Source: a virus
IMG/VR virus record: IMGVR_UViG_3300021961_000020
Length of the DNA stretch: 64,000 nucleotides
Strand: one strand, 5' to 3'
A program made the position numbers and the translations under genes. This document shows, piece after piece, positions 8,128 to 16,855 of the stretch; position 1 is the stretch's first letter; every line of letters starts with the position of its first letter. The notes under the pieces were generated by a model. That model had not been told where the DNA came from. It made no database searches and saw nothing but the letters and a program-made list of their open reading frames with translations.

Positions 8128-11100
8128 TCAGACGGTGATGATTCTCCATCCACGAGTTGCATCATAGAAGACCAGTTCAAATGCAGCACCCTCGGTGGAT
8201 ACTGTCAGGTCAGCATTGTCGCCCATGATTGGGTTGCTATTTCTAGCGATCGTCAGGTTGGCAGTATCGAATGTCTTGTGAGTATCGAAGATTCTAACAG
8301 AGTCACCCTTGATTGGATTGCTGGGCAGAGTGATGGTGAAAGCACCACTAGAGGTATTACAGAATGCCTGCTGTCCAGGAACAAGAGTAGTACCGTTACC
8401 GCTTACATCAATGTTTTGCCACTGACCAACAGCATACCATCTGGAACCATCATAGTATTCGAATCTGTTGTAGTCATTATCGTAACGGAGACCACCTTCA
8501 AGGAGATCAACGCCAGTTGGACGAGCAGCTTGAACACCACGAGGAGGAACGAGGATACCGCTCGTGTTATCCATCTTACCGCGAGTCAGGAATCCACGAG
8601 TCGCTTTCTCAGTAGGACATGCGGTGTTAGAGTCGCCACCCAGAGTTTCATCAGAGGAGAACTCGTTAACTGCCTCACCAACCTGACCGCCGATAGCACC
8701 CAGTCTCAGTTCTGTAAGACCAGACAGGTTGAACGCGGAGGCATCCAGGGTAGCAGCACCAGTCAGCTGGTTAACCGAGAAGAATTCACCAACTCTGAAG
8801 TTACCACCTTGGTCGGTAGAAACATAGAAGATCTTACCAGAGTTTATAGTGTTAACTTCGTTACCCTGAGAAGCAGTGTTCTCGTCAACATCAGGATAGT
8901 TGGTCAGAGAAGTGTTACCAGTACCGATCAACAGGAAGTCATGACCCGTCAGACGAACCTTGGAGAACTTAGTTCTCATCAGGAACGCTTGGTTATCGAA
9001 GGATGCAGGAACAGAACCCTTACCAGGAGCAATGTTGATTGTAGCACGACCAGTTCCAGAATCGTAGTTAGATACGGTTCTGATGATGTAGGTGTTGGAG
9101 TCAGAGAATCCGAGACCAACAGTGGTGAATCCAAGAGCATCACCAACCTTAGGTGTCGTACTCAGACCAGTGATCTCGAAGAGAATGTCCTTCTGACCAG
9201 AGACGGCGGTGGAAGTAGACTTGATCTGGAAGTAACCAGTTGCACCAGCACCAACAGAATCAAGTTCAACATACTCACCAGGAACGAAGACGCTAGTACC
9301 AATACCAACAGCACCGTTAGCGCCATCGGGGTTACCGAAACCAGCGTTATACTTGAAGTAGATTTGCTCACCCGAGATCTGTTCGTTGGTTACAACAGCA
9401 CGAGCACCCGATACAGTACCACGCATGGTAGCACCAACAGTGATGTCTCCTACAGGAGTACCAACAACCAGTTCTAACTTATCACCATAGAGGCGACCAG
9501 ATCTAGCAACCTCAAGAGTAGAGAATCCAACAGCAAGAGCACCATAATCACCGTAAGAGTTGTTACCCGACAGAGAACGGATCTCAGAACCGTCATCGGA
9601 AACATAACCGAAGGCACAGTAGTAGGTGAAGCAGGATACGATCTCAGCAAGAGCGTCGTCTTCTAACCAGAATCCTACACCACCAGAGTGAATGTGGGTG
9701 AATGCGTCGAACACCATCGACTTAGCACCCGATCCTTCAGGTTTACCTTCGTGCTTACCACCTTCGATCCAGACACCGATAGCACCACCGTGACCAGTTC
9801 CATCAGTACATACATCAGAGAAAGCAGTACAGTCTTTGATGTAAGGAGAGCGGTCAAGGATAGGAGTATCAGGATTCAGTCTGAAATAGACACCAGTAGC
9901 AGTGGTTCCCAAACCAACTTTGCTCTGCCACTTATCAGTGTTGAAAGGATCGAGAGTATCATAAGAGAATCCTTGCAGACCACGGAGGGTCAGTGCCTGA
10001 ACGGTGCAAGAGTCGGAGACGAAGAACATCGTCTGACGGGAGTTGGGAGTTACACCATCAGTAGAAACACCAGCAGCAGGTTCAATGATTGTACCTCTAA
10101 GAACATCACCTGCGATGTTGAAGTTCTTAGGCAGTGTGATGGGCAGTTGCTCTCTGAATGTACCAGCAGAGAGTTTCAGGATAACAGGAGATACATCGGT
10201 AACATGACCACCGCTTACATAAGAGTGAGCAATAGTGGAGATACCAACATTGGTTACGAAGGTATCAGAGTCAATTACACTATCAACTCTAAAGAAGAAT
10301 CCTTGTGTACCATCAGGGAAGATAGTGGTGGTGACACCAGCATGTTCCGTAGCACAGGTGAAAGCAATACCACTCAGTTTTACCTGACCAGCTGCAAACA
10401 GACCGTGCCCAGCAGCAGTGATGGTAGCAATACCAGTGCTCTCATCATAGGTGAATGCGCTAATATCTCTTACTCTTTGAGCAGCAGTAGATGCATAAGA
10501 AATTGTGCCCCATGCAGACTCAGGAGTAAGTCCAACATTATCGTTATCACCTTGCTGAGCGTCAACATAGTAAACCTTGGTACGAATACCAGGATAGTTC
10601 CACTCAACTTCATCAGAAGAAGATACTCTCAGGAATGTACCTTGTGTACCAATACCCTGTCTGGTAGGACCAGTCGCGTTTCTTGTGAGGATATCGCCTT
10701 TGGTGGTCAGCAGAGCAGCACTATCACCAATGGCAAATGCTTGCCACATGGTAACAGCAGTACCAGGGGTTACATTCAGGTTAGAAGAAGCAACCGAAAC
10801 ATAAGTAGAAGAAGAATACTCGGCAAGATCACCAATTTCATAGTATGTGCCAGAATTCCAAGTGCCCTTCCAACTTTGTCCACGAGAAATAAGAGACCAT
10901 CCATTTACACCAGTATCTACAGAGGTAATAGCGAGACCAACAGGTCTGTTATTAACATCAATGAGAGTGTTGTCAGCAATATAAGTATTACCACCAAGGG
11001 TTACAGTTTCTCCTCTGGCATATGTTTGAGAAGGATCATAGACACTGGCTCCGCCAGTGCCGATACCACCCATCAACAGAGCCCACTGACTTACATTCTC

Positions 11101-11790
11101 AGCAGGAGCATCTGCATAAGGATTGGTTCCAATAGCTACATAAGAAGCACCCCTGTATTCTACGAGGTCTCCTCTTTCATATCTTGTAGTACCATCCCAC
11201 TTTAATTTATTTTCAAATCCCTTAGCAAACGGATCAAAGTTAGATGCGGGGGGATAGAATCCATCAGATCCAATACCAGTCGGATCATGAGGAGAAGTGG
11301 AGATTCCCTGCATTGAATAGTCTGCAGGGACTTGGAAAGGAGAAGTACAACGATATGTATAGGGACCGTAAGAAACTACAGCGTTGATACCGTAGTAAGT
11401 ATCTGTTGTGAACGCACCCTTGAAACTCAGACCTTCATGATAAAGATCCCAGTAAGCAGGGAAGTCGGAAGAATACCAGCTGCTTTCGATACCAATCGAA
11501 GTATGCTGAGCGGTACAGATGTAGAGGTTACCGCCTTCCTTTACGATGTCATCAAGGACATACGCTGTGCTGGGAGTCCAGTTACCAGCATTCTCCATAC
11601 CTTTTGTATGGAGCGACCAGTATGCTGCGTCGGTGGGAAATCCGTTGGAAGCAGAATCTGAAGTATGGTTGCTTGTGCAAACATATGAATTGGCACCGTA
11701 TCTAACGATGTCATCAATTACATATGCAGTAGAAGCAGCCCAGGCTCCACGCCAGTTAAATTTCAGTCTGCCAAGTCTAAATTCTGCCAT
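8128..11790 (-). CDS. Large tail fibre/virion structural protein with N-terminal W-x4-T-x-Y-x3-D-x-V repeats and a central beta-helix-like domain
   Basis: Repeats such as WAASTAYVIDDIV, WTPSTAYVLDDIV, WNSGTYYEIGDL; YYVDAQQGDNDN and RSPYIKDCT region typical of cyanophage fibres; C-terminal GAFTITLPSNPIKGDSV...GWRI. Confidence 0.75.
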   Translation of the reverse strand: MAEFRLGRLKFNWRGAWAASTAYVIDDIVRYGANSYVCTSNHTSDSASNGFPTDAAYWSLHTKGMENAGNWTPSTAYVLDDIVKEGGNLYICTAQHTSIGIESSWYSSDFPAYWDLYHEGLSFKGAFTTDTYYGINAVVSYGPYTYRCTSPFQVPADYSMQGISTSPHDPTGIGSDGFYPPASNFDPFAKGFENKLKWDGTTRYERGDLVEYRGASYVAIGTNPYADAPAENVSQWALLMGGIGTGGASVYDPSQTYARGETVTLGGNTYIADNTLIDVNNRPVGLAITSVDTGVNGWSLISRGQSWKGTWNSGTYYEIGDLAEYSSSTYVSVASSNLNVTPGTAVTMWQAFAIGDSAALLTTKGDILTRNATGPTRQGIGTQGTFLRVSSSDEVEWNYPGIRTKVYYVDAQQGDNDNVGLTPESAWGTISYASTAAQRVRDISAFTYDESTGIATITAAGHGLFAAGQVKLSGIAFTCATEHAGVTTTIFPDGTQGFFFRVDSVIDSDTFVTNVGISTIAHSYVSGGHVTDVSPVILKLSAGTFREQLPITLPKNFNIAGDVLRGTIIEPAAGVSTDGVTPNSRQTMFFVSDSCTVQALTLRGLQGFSYDTLDPFNTDKWQSKVGLGTTATGVYFRLNPDTPILDRSPYIKDCTAFSDVCTDGTGHGGAIGVWIEGGKHEGKPEGSGAKSMVFDAFTHIHSGGVGFWLEDDALAEIVSCFTYYCAFGYVSDDGSEIRSLSGNNSYGDYGALAVGFSTLEVARSGRLYGDKLELVVGTPVGDITVGATMRGTVSGARAVVTNEQISGEQIYFKYNAGFGNPDGANGAVGIGTSVFVPGEYVELDSVGAGATGYFQIKSTSTAVSGQKDILFEITGLSTTPKVGDALGFTTVGLGFSDSNTYIIRTVSNYDSGTGRATINIAPGKGSVPASFDNQAFLMRTKFSKVRLTGHDFLLIGTGNTSLTNYPDVDENTASQGNEVNTINSGKIFYVSTDQGGNFRVGEFFSVNQLTGAATLDASAFNLSGLTELRLGAIGGQVGEAVNEFSSDETLGGDSNTACPTEKATRGFLTRGKMDNTSGILVPPRGVQAARPTGVDLLEGGLRYDNDYNRFEYYDGSRWYAVGQWQNIDVSGNGTTLVPGQQAFCNTSSGAFTITLPSNPIKGDSVRIFDTHKTFDTANLTIARNSNPIMGDNADLTVSTEGAAFELVFYDATRGWRIITV

Positions 11791-11802
11791 TGTAGGTTCT
11801 CG

Positions 11803-12171
11803 TTAAACAGGTCCAGAGTATGAGTGGGTTCCATTGACTTGAAGGACAAAATATCCATCAGAGTCTAAGTAATAATTCAGGTTCCGCCTATCAAAGCGTA
11901 TCTGTTGATATTTATCTTGCGAGTTATTGGCAAGTGCTTTTTGTTCGGTGATCTCCTCAACATAATCATTGTAATCACCAAAGTCTTCGACCTGAGTTCC
12001 ATCAAGACGATATGCATCAAAAGTTTCTGTTGTTGATGCAGTGCTTACTTTGGTTAACCAAAGCATATCGTCTTCATCTCTTCTCAGAGCATATACAAAA
12101 TACCCAGTCGAGTCTTTAGGACTAAAGTGAGCATTGCTTAATGTGATTGCCATTAGCTGATGATTCTCCAA
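11803..12171 (-). CDS. Conserved cyanophage hypothetical (virion-associated cluster)
   Basis: ORF in a late operon between structural genes. Confidence 0.55.
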   Translation of the reverse strand: MENHQLMAITLSNAHFSPKDSTGYFVYALRRDEDDMLWLTKVSTASTTETFDAYRLDGTQVEDFGDYNDYVEEITEQKALANNSQDKYQQIRFDRRNLNYYLDSDGYFVLQVNGTHSYSGPV

Positions 12172-12623
12172 TAACTACCTGTCCACAAGAACATAACAGT
12201 CACACCTGAAACATCTAAGTTCACAGGTCCGTCATCAATATTGCCAATAGCATCTTTAAATTGATGCAAGGATGAGGTCAGTATAACATTATTTATACTC
12301 CAGTTTTGTCCGCCATCTCCCAGTTCAATGCTGTCCCCAGCAGACAAATTGACGATGGGCATGGTTGCATTGATCACCCCATCAGTGGTAGTCATTAAGT
12401 AGCGTTTGTTAACAACCAACTGAGTGGTAGTAGGACCAACAACTTCAGTAAAAATGGGAGTAGCACCAGTTGCTGCTTGAGCAACGGTCTCTACTTCATT
12501 GCCAACGCGGACATAGATTTTCTGGTCAACTATATTAATAGCCATTTCACCGTCTTCCAAGTCATTAAGACCAGGAATCTGACCCTGCGTTAGACTTCGT
12601 TTTGGTTTAATGCGAGTAGGCAT
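12153..12623 (-). CDS. Virion structural protein with tail-fibre-type N-terminal motif
   Basis: IKPKRSLTQGQIP..LEDGEMAIN..DQKIYV; C-terminal VSGVTVMFLWTGSYWRI; CTAAATA at 12652-12658. Confidence 0.65.
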   Translation of the reverse strand: MPTRIKPKRSLTQGQIPGLNDLEDGEMAINIVDQKIYVRVGNEVETVAQAATGATPIFTEVVGPTTTQLVVNKRYLMTTTDGVINATMPIVNLSAGDSIELGDGGQNWSINNVILTSSLHQFKDAIGNIDDGPVNLDVSGVTVMFLWTGSYWRIIS

Positions 12624-12658
12624 TACGACAAAAAGAATTTGAGCTTCTTAGTATTTAG

Positions 12659-13249
12659 TTACTCATAAAACTCGTACAAATTAAATGCGATTGAAAACCT
12701 AGGTTCATCCGAATAATTCATACCAACTCCATGCGCAAGAGAAGCAGGAAACAAAAGCATTAATCCATCATAAGGCATGATAGAAAAGGAAGTATGTTGA
12801 ATTAAAGATAGACTATGACTATCTTGATGTTGGAAATTAATGTCTCCAGAATTTTCTGGGACATTAATATAAAGCACACCGCCAAGAATAGATCCAGGAT
12901 GAGTATGAATAGTATTGTACGATCCTTTGTAGTTTATATTAAACCACATGTTAGATAGTCTAGGAATACACTCAACACAAGCATCTTCGCTCTGTTTGTA
13001 TACATCAACTAGATCAAGTATTCTTTCGCTCATATAGTTTAATAGAGGAGCGAAAGATTCTTCCTTATAAAAATCGTCTGGACTTTGATATCCGTTTACA
13101 TTACTCCTATAGTTTTGTGGATAAACTTTTGAATAGTTTACCATCCAATCAATAAACCCATCTTTAATTTCAGAAAAGTTTTTATCATGGGATTCTGCCA
13201 TGAGGTATGGAAGAATCGTATGAGATTCTATAGTCGCATAATCAATCAT
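12659..13249 (-). CDS. 2OG-Fe(II) oxygenase-like (TIGR02466 type)
   Basis: WFNIN..GSYNTIHTHP, GVLYI, LFPASLAHGV, RFSIAFN. Confidence 0.85.
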   Translation of the reverse strand: MIDYATIESHTILPYLMAESHDKNFSEIKDGFIDWMVNYSKVYPQNYRSNVNGYQSPDDFYKEESFAPLLNYMSERILDLVDVYKQSEDACVECIPRLSNMWFNINYKGSYNTIHTHPGSILGGVLYINVPENSGDINFQHQDSHSLSLIQHTSFSIMPYDGLMLLFPASLAHGVGMNYSDEPRFSIAFNLYEFYE

Positions 13250-13905
13250 TTAATATAACCTTCTTCTCTCAACCACTTCTCCGTCAAAGGTGTTGGTTCA
13301 TAGATCTCCCACATCTTACCAATAGAACATGCTTGTAGTGCTTTCATGGTCATGCCTTCTGTCTTACCTGCCCATGTTGCTTCTGCTTCAAACGGTACAG
13401 CAGATTTTGGATAAGTCTTTTCTACAATCTCACGCCAGAGAGGAGGAACCATTTCCTCTGGATGAATAAGAGCAATCAAACTATTGTTGATAGTTCCTGC
13501 CATACAATCCTGGGCAGCATGCCATCCTTCATGCCTCATTACACTCATCAGTGTAGAGTAACGCTTAACCAATGTAGCATTGAGGAAGAAGTTATTACTG
13601 ACAGTATGATACACACCACGATGACCAGGAGGAAAGTATTTCTCTGGGGCAATGTAAACTTTGACACCAACCTTGCCCAATGCTGTCATCATCTCATTGA
13701 ACTCAGTCCTGACAGGTTCAAGCATCTCATGCTTGGCATAGTATTTGGCAATGTCTCTTGCCTTTTTAATCTCCACGACGCCATCTGTACATTCACGCAC
13801 GAGCATACAACCCATGGCATCCATCGTATACCAACCTTTAGTCGGTTCCGCAGCTGCCGACAAAGGAGTTAGTGCCATCATCATGGCAAGGAGAAGTTTT
13901 TTCAT
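13246..13905 (-). CDS. Signal-peptide protein with zincin-like HEGWH motif
   Basis: N-terminal MKKLLLAMMMALTPLSAAA; RHEGWHAAQDC and downstream EAEA. Confidence 0.6.
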   Translation of the reverse strand: MKKLLLAMMMALTPLSAAAEPTKGWYTMDAMGCMLVRECTDGVVEIKKARDIAKYYAKHEMLEPVRTEFNEMMTALGKVGVKVYIAPEKYFPPGHRGVYHTVSNNFFLNATLVKRYSTLMSVMRHEGWHAAQDCMAGTINNSLIALIHPEEMVPPLWREIVEKTYPKSAVPFEAEATWAGKTEGMTMKALQACSIGKMWEIYEPTPLTEKWLREEGYIK

Positions 13906-14183
13906 ACTCTGAAATGAATGAGTTCTGATTCTGGTAGAGATTGTTGAACAGCGATTTCTTGTCCACCAATAGTAATTTTTGCTGGAGGAAGACCTTGTTG
14001 TCCAGGAAGTTGTTTGTCTGTTGTTGCTGAAACAGTAATGACTTGATCCATAATAAACTTCTGCTTCCTATAAGTCCTTTCGGTAGGACGCAATTCACAA
14101 AGCATTTTGGCATCACTCTCATCACCACAGTGAGCGATGACTTTACCAGTACTATATTCAACGACTACCCAATAATCAAACAT
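13902..14183 (-). CDS. Conserved cyanophage hypothetical
   Basis: ORF directly after a promoter/terminator; GKVIAHCG motif. Confidence 0.6.
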   Translation of the reverse strand: MFDYWVVVEYSTGKVIAHCGDESDAKMLCELRPTERTYRKQKFIMDQVITVSATTDKQLPGQQGLPPAKITIGGQEIAVQQSLPESELIHFRV

Positions 14184-14188
14184 AAAAA

Positions 14189-14238
14189 AGAAGGGTATAT
14201 ACCCTTCTAATTATAACAGATAAAGATAGTGTCTGCAA
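14189..14238 (-). promoter_or_regulatory. Sigma70 promoter TTGCAG-N17-TATAAT followed by a palindromic terminator hairpin
   Basis: -35 at 14233-14238, -10 at 14210-14215, palindrome AGAAGGGTATATACCCTTCT at 14189-14208 followed by a T run. Confidence 0.7.
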
Positions 14239-14242
14239 TATC

Positions 14243-14365
14243 TTATCCGAAATACATTACGGAAAGAGTGAAGACAACGAAAATGATGACTGTAAAGATC
14301 ATCAAACCTACACCTGCCCAGGTAATCCAGTTAGGCATAGGTTCATATGGTCTGTTGTTAGACAT
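14243..14365 (-). CDS. 40-aa single-TM peptide translationally coupled to psbD
   Basis: [40 protein letters not shown]; TGATG overlap with the psbD stop. Confidence 0.65.
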   Translation of the reverse strand: MSNNRPYEPMPNWITWAGVGLMIFTVIIFVVFTLSVMYFG

Positions 14366-15420
14366 CAGAGAGCGTTGCCACGAGGTAGAACTTCTTCTGG
14401 GAAGATAAAGTTCTCATGTGGTTGGTCAACAGATGCCATCCAGTTACGAAGACCTTCATTCAAGAGAATGTTCTTGGTATAGAATGTCTCGAACTCTGGA
14501 TCTTCTGCTGCTCTGATTTCTTGTGATACGAAGTCATAAGCACGGAGATTGAGAGCGAGACCAATGATACCAATAGAACTAACCCAAAGACCCATGACGG
14601 GTACAAAAAGCATAAAGAAGTGAAGCCAACGCTTATTACTAAAGGCAATGCCGAATATCTGTGACCAGAAACGGTTAGCAGTAACCATCGAATAGGTTTC
14701 TTCTTCTTGAGTTGTATCAAATGCTTTAAAAGTGTTTGCCTGATCACTGTCCTCATACAAAGTATTCTCTACTGTAACACCATGAATGGCAGAAAGCAAT
14801 GCTCCACCAAGGATACCTGCTACGCCCATCATATGAAAAGGATTCAGGGTCCAGTTGTGGAATCCTTGGAGGAAGAGCAGGAACCTGAAGATTGCTGCGA
14901 CCCCGAAGGAGGGGGCAAAGAACCAGCTGCTTTGACCGAGGGGATAGATAAGGAAAACGCTAACGAAGACAGCAATAGGACCAGAGAAAGCAATAGCATT
15001 GTAAGGACGAATTCCAACGAGACGGGCAATTTCAAACTGCCGAAGCATAAAACCTATGAGAGCAAAGGCTCCGTGGAGCGCCACAAAAGGCCAGAGTCCC
15101 CCAAGTTGGCACCAGCGGACGAAATCTCCCTGAGACTCAGGACCCCAAAGTAGAAGAAGAGAATGACCCATAGCGTCAGCAGGGCTTGACACAGCTGCTG
15201 TAAGGAAATTGCAGCCCTCAAGGTAAGAAGACGCAATCCCGTGGGTATACCAGCTTGTAACAAACGCCGTGCCAGTAAGCCAGCCACCAATTGCAAGATA
15301 AGCAGTGGGAAAAAGTAGTAATCCAGACCAACCCACAAAGACAAAGCGATCCCTTTTAAGCCAGTCATCGAGGACATCGAACCACCCCCTCTGCGGAATT
15401 GTTAGTGTACTTGTTGTCAT
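14365..15420 (-). CDS. psbD: Photosystem II D2 protein
   Basis: [14 protein letters not shown]...[10 protein letters not shown]. Confidence 0.99.
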   Translation of the reverse strand: MTTSTLTIPQRGWFDVLDDWLKRDRFVFVGWSGLLLFPTAYLAIGGWLTGTAFVTSWYTHGIASSYLEGCNFLTAAVSSPADAMGHSLLLLWGPESQGDFVRWCQLGGLWPFVALHGAFALIGFMLRQFEIARLVGIRPYNAIAFSGPIAVFVSVFLIYPLGQSSWFFAPSFGVAAIFRFLLFLQGFHNWTLNPFHMMGVAGILGGALLSAIHGVTVENTLYEDSDQANTFKAFDTTQEEETYSMVTANRFWSQIFGIAFSNKRWLHFFMLFVPVMGLWVSSIGIIGLALNLRAYDFVSQEIRAAEDPEFETFYTKNILLNEGLRNWMASVDQPHENFIFPEEVLPRGNAL

Positions 15421-15514
15421 TAGTTTTAACCTTTGAATCTTTTAACCAGTATAACTGAGGGTAAGTATCCATAATTATTTCCCTCAATTTGTATGGAGTA
15501 TCTGTACTAATCAT
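15365..15514 (-). CDS. Small ORF between psbA and psbD (49 aa), overlapping the psbD 5' end
   Basis: [23 protein letters not shown]..., ATG immediately after the psbA terminator. Confidence 0.4.
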   Translation of the reverse strand: MISTDTPYKLREIIMDTYPQLYWLKDSKVKTNDNKYTNNSAEGVVRCPR

Positions 15515-15519
15515 TGGAG

Positions 15520-15545
15520 AAAAAAAGGGGACCGATCGGCCCCCT
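15520..15545 (-). terminator. psbA terminator
   Basis: AGGGGGCC-GATC-GGTCCCCT then a T run. Confidence 0.85.
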
Positions 15546-15587
15546 AGTTGTTTTCTTAATAAACGGTGTTTATTATGAATCCGAGTA

Positions 15588-16670
15588 TCAACCGATAGCA
15601 GGTGCTTGGAGTGCCACAGGAGTGGACTCAGCAGCAGCAAGGTCAAGAGGGAAGTTGTGAGCATTACGCTCGTGCATGACTTCCATACCCAGACCAGCAC
15701 GATTGAGAACATCTGCCCAAGTGTTGATCACTTTACCCTGACTATCAACGATAGACTGGTTGAAGTTGAAACCGTTCAGGTTAAAAGCCATAGTGCTGAC
15801 ACCAAGAGCAGTAAACCAGATACCGACCACTGGCCAAGCAGCAAGGAAGAAGTGAAGAGAACGAGAATTATTAAAGGAAGCATACTGGAAGATCAGACGA
15901 CCAAAGTATCCATGAGCAGCAACAATGTTATAGGTCTCTTCTTCTTGACCGAACTTGTAACCATAGTTCTGAGACTCATTCTCGGTGGTTTCACGAACCA
16001 GCGAGGAAGTAACCAGAGAACCGTGCATTGCACTGAACAGAGAACCACCGAAGACACCAGCAACTCCAAGCATGTGGAAGGGGTGCATCAGAATGTTGTG
16101 CTCTGCTTGGAAGACAAGCATGTAGTTGAAAGTACCACTGATACCCAGGGGCATCGCATCAGAGAAAGAACCTTGACCGAAAGGATAGACCAGGAATACA
16201 GCAGAAGCAGCAGCAACAGGAGCACTGTAAGCAACGCAGATCCAAGGACGCATACCCAGACGATAGGACAGTTCCCACTCACGACCCATGTAGGCATAGA
16301 TGCCGATCAGGAAGTGGAAGACAACCAGTTGGAAAGGACCACCATTGTAAAGCCATTCATCAAGGGATGCGGCTTCCCAAATGGGATAGAAGTGAAGTCC
16401 AATTGCGTTAGAAGAGGGGATAACAGCACCAGAGATGATGTTGTTACCATACATCAGCGAACCAGCAACGGGTTCACGGATTCCATCGATATCGACGGGA
16501 GGTGCCGCGATGAATGCGACGATGAAACAAATGGTAGCGGCAAGGAGGCAAGGAATCATGAGGACTCCGAACCAACCAACATACAGACGATTGTCAGTGC
16601 TGGTGACCCATTCGCAGAATTGTTCCCAAGCAGTATTCGATTGTTGTTTTTGTGAAAGTGTAGCAGTCAT
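15588..16670 (-). CDS. psbA: Photosystem II D1 protein, uninterrupted
   Basis: [15 protein letters not shown]...HNFPLDLA; 360 aa, no intron. Confidence 0.99.
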   Translation of the reverse strand: MTATLSQKQQSNTAWEQFCEWVTSTDNRLYVGWFGVLMIPCLLAATICFIVAFIAAPPVDIDGIREPVAGSLMYGNNIISGAVIPSSNAIGLHFYPIWEAASLDEWLYNGGPFQLVVFHFLIGIYAYMGREWELSYRLGMRPWICVAYSAPVAAASAVFLVYPFGQGSFSDAMPLGISGTFNYMLVFQAEHNILMHPFHMLGVAGVFGGSLFSAMHGSLVTSSLVRETTENESQNYGYKFGQEEETYNIVAAHGYFGRLIFQYASFNNSRSLHFFLAAWPVVGIWFTALGVSTMAFNLNGFNFNQSIVDSQGKVINTWADVLNRAGLGMEVMHERNAHNFPLDLAAAESTPVALQAPAIG

Positions 16671-16689
16671 TGTTAGTAGACAGATAGTA

Positions 16690-16795
16690 AGACCATCAGG
16701 GAAATGGTGGAGATACTATGCTCCCCGCACCCTTAGCGGGGATATGAGAGACGGATTTGTGACCCAGCCTAGTCTCGGTCAAGCGGCAGGGAAGT
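16690..16795 (-). ncRNA. Structured psbA 5' leader (PhotoRC-II-like cis element)
   Basis: Stems TGACC/GGTCA, GAGAC/GTCTC, CCCCGC/GCGGGG and ACCAT/ATGGT upstream of psbA; family assignment rests on location only. Confidence 0.5.
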
Positions 16796-16819
16796 AATGT
16801 TGCGAATCCTTAAAGGTCC

Positions 16820-16842
16820 GTTACATTTGTTTACTTATTTAT
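16820..16842. promoter_or_regulatory. HLR1-like direct repeat plus late promoter core upstream of psbA
   Basis: Plus strand GTTACATT-TG-TTTACTTA (16820-16837); minus strand ATAAATA (16836-16842). Confidence 0.55.
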
Positions 16843-16855
16843 TGTAGCATCCAGG

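Noticed and set aside
8110-11205. Long plus-strand ORFs (455 and 505 aa) antisense to the tail fibre gene
   Set aside because: They are codon-register shadows of a Gly/Thr/Ser-rich gene; no recognisable motifs, promoter or SD, and no plus-strand genes elsewhere in the window
15606-16655. 349-aa ORF antisense to psbA
   Set aside because: Mirror-frame artefact of biased psbA codon usage; an antisense RNA cannot be excluded but a protein is unsupported
14365-16670. Group I intron or homing endonuclease in or near psbA/psbD
   Set aside because: Both genes are full-length and uninterrupted; the intergenic gap is only 167 nt
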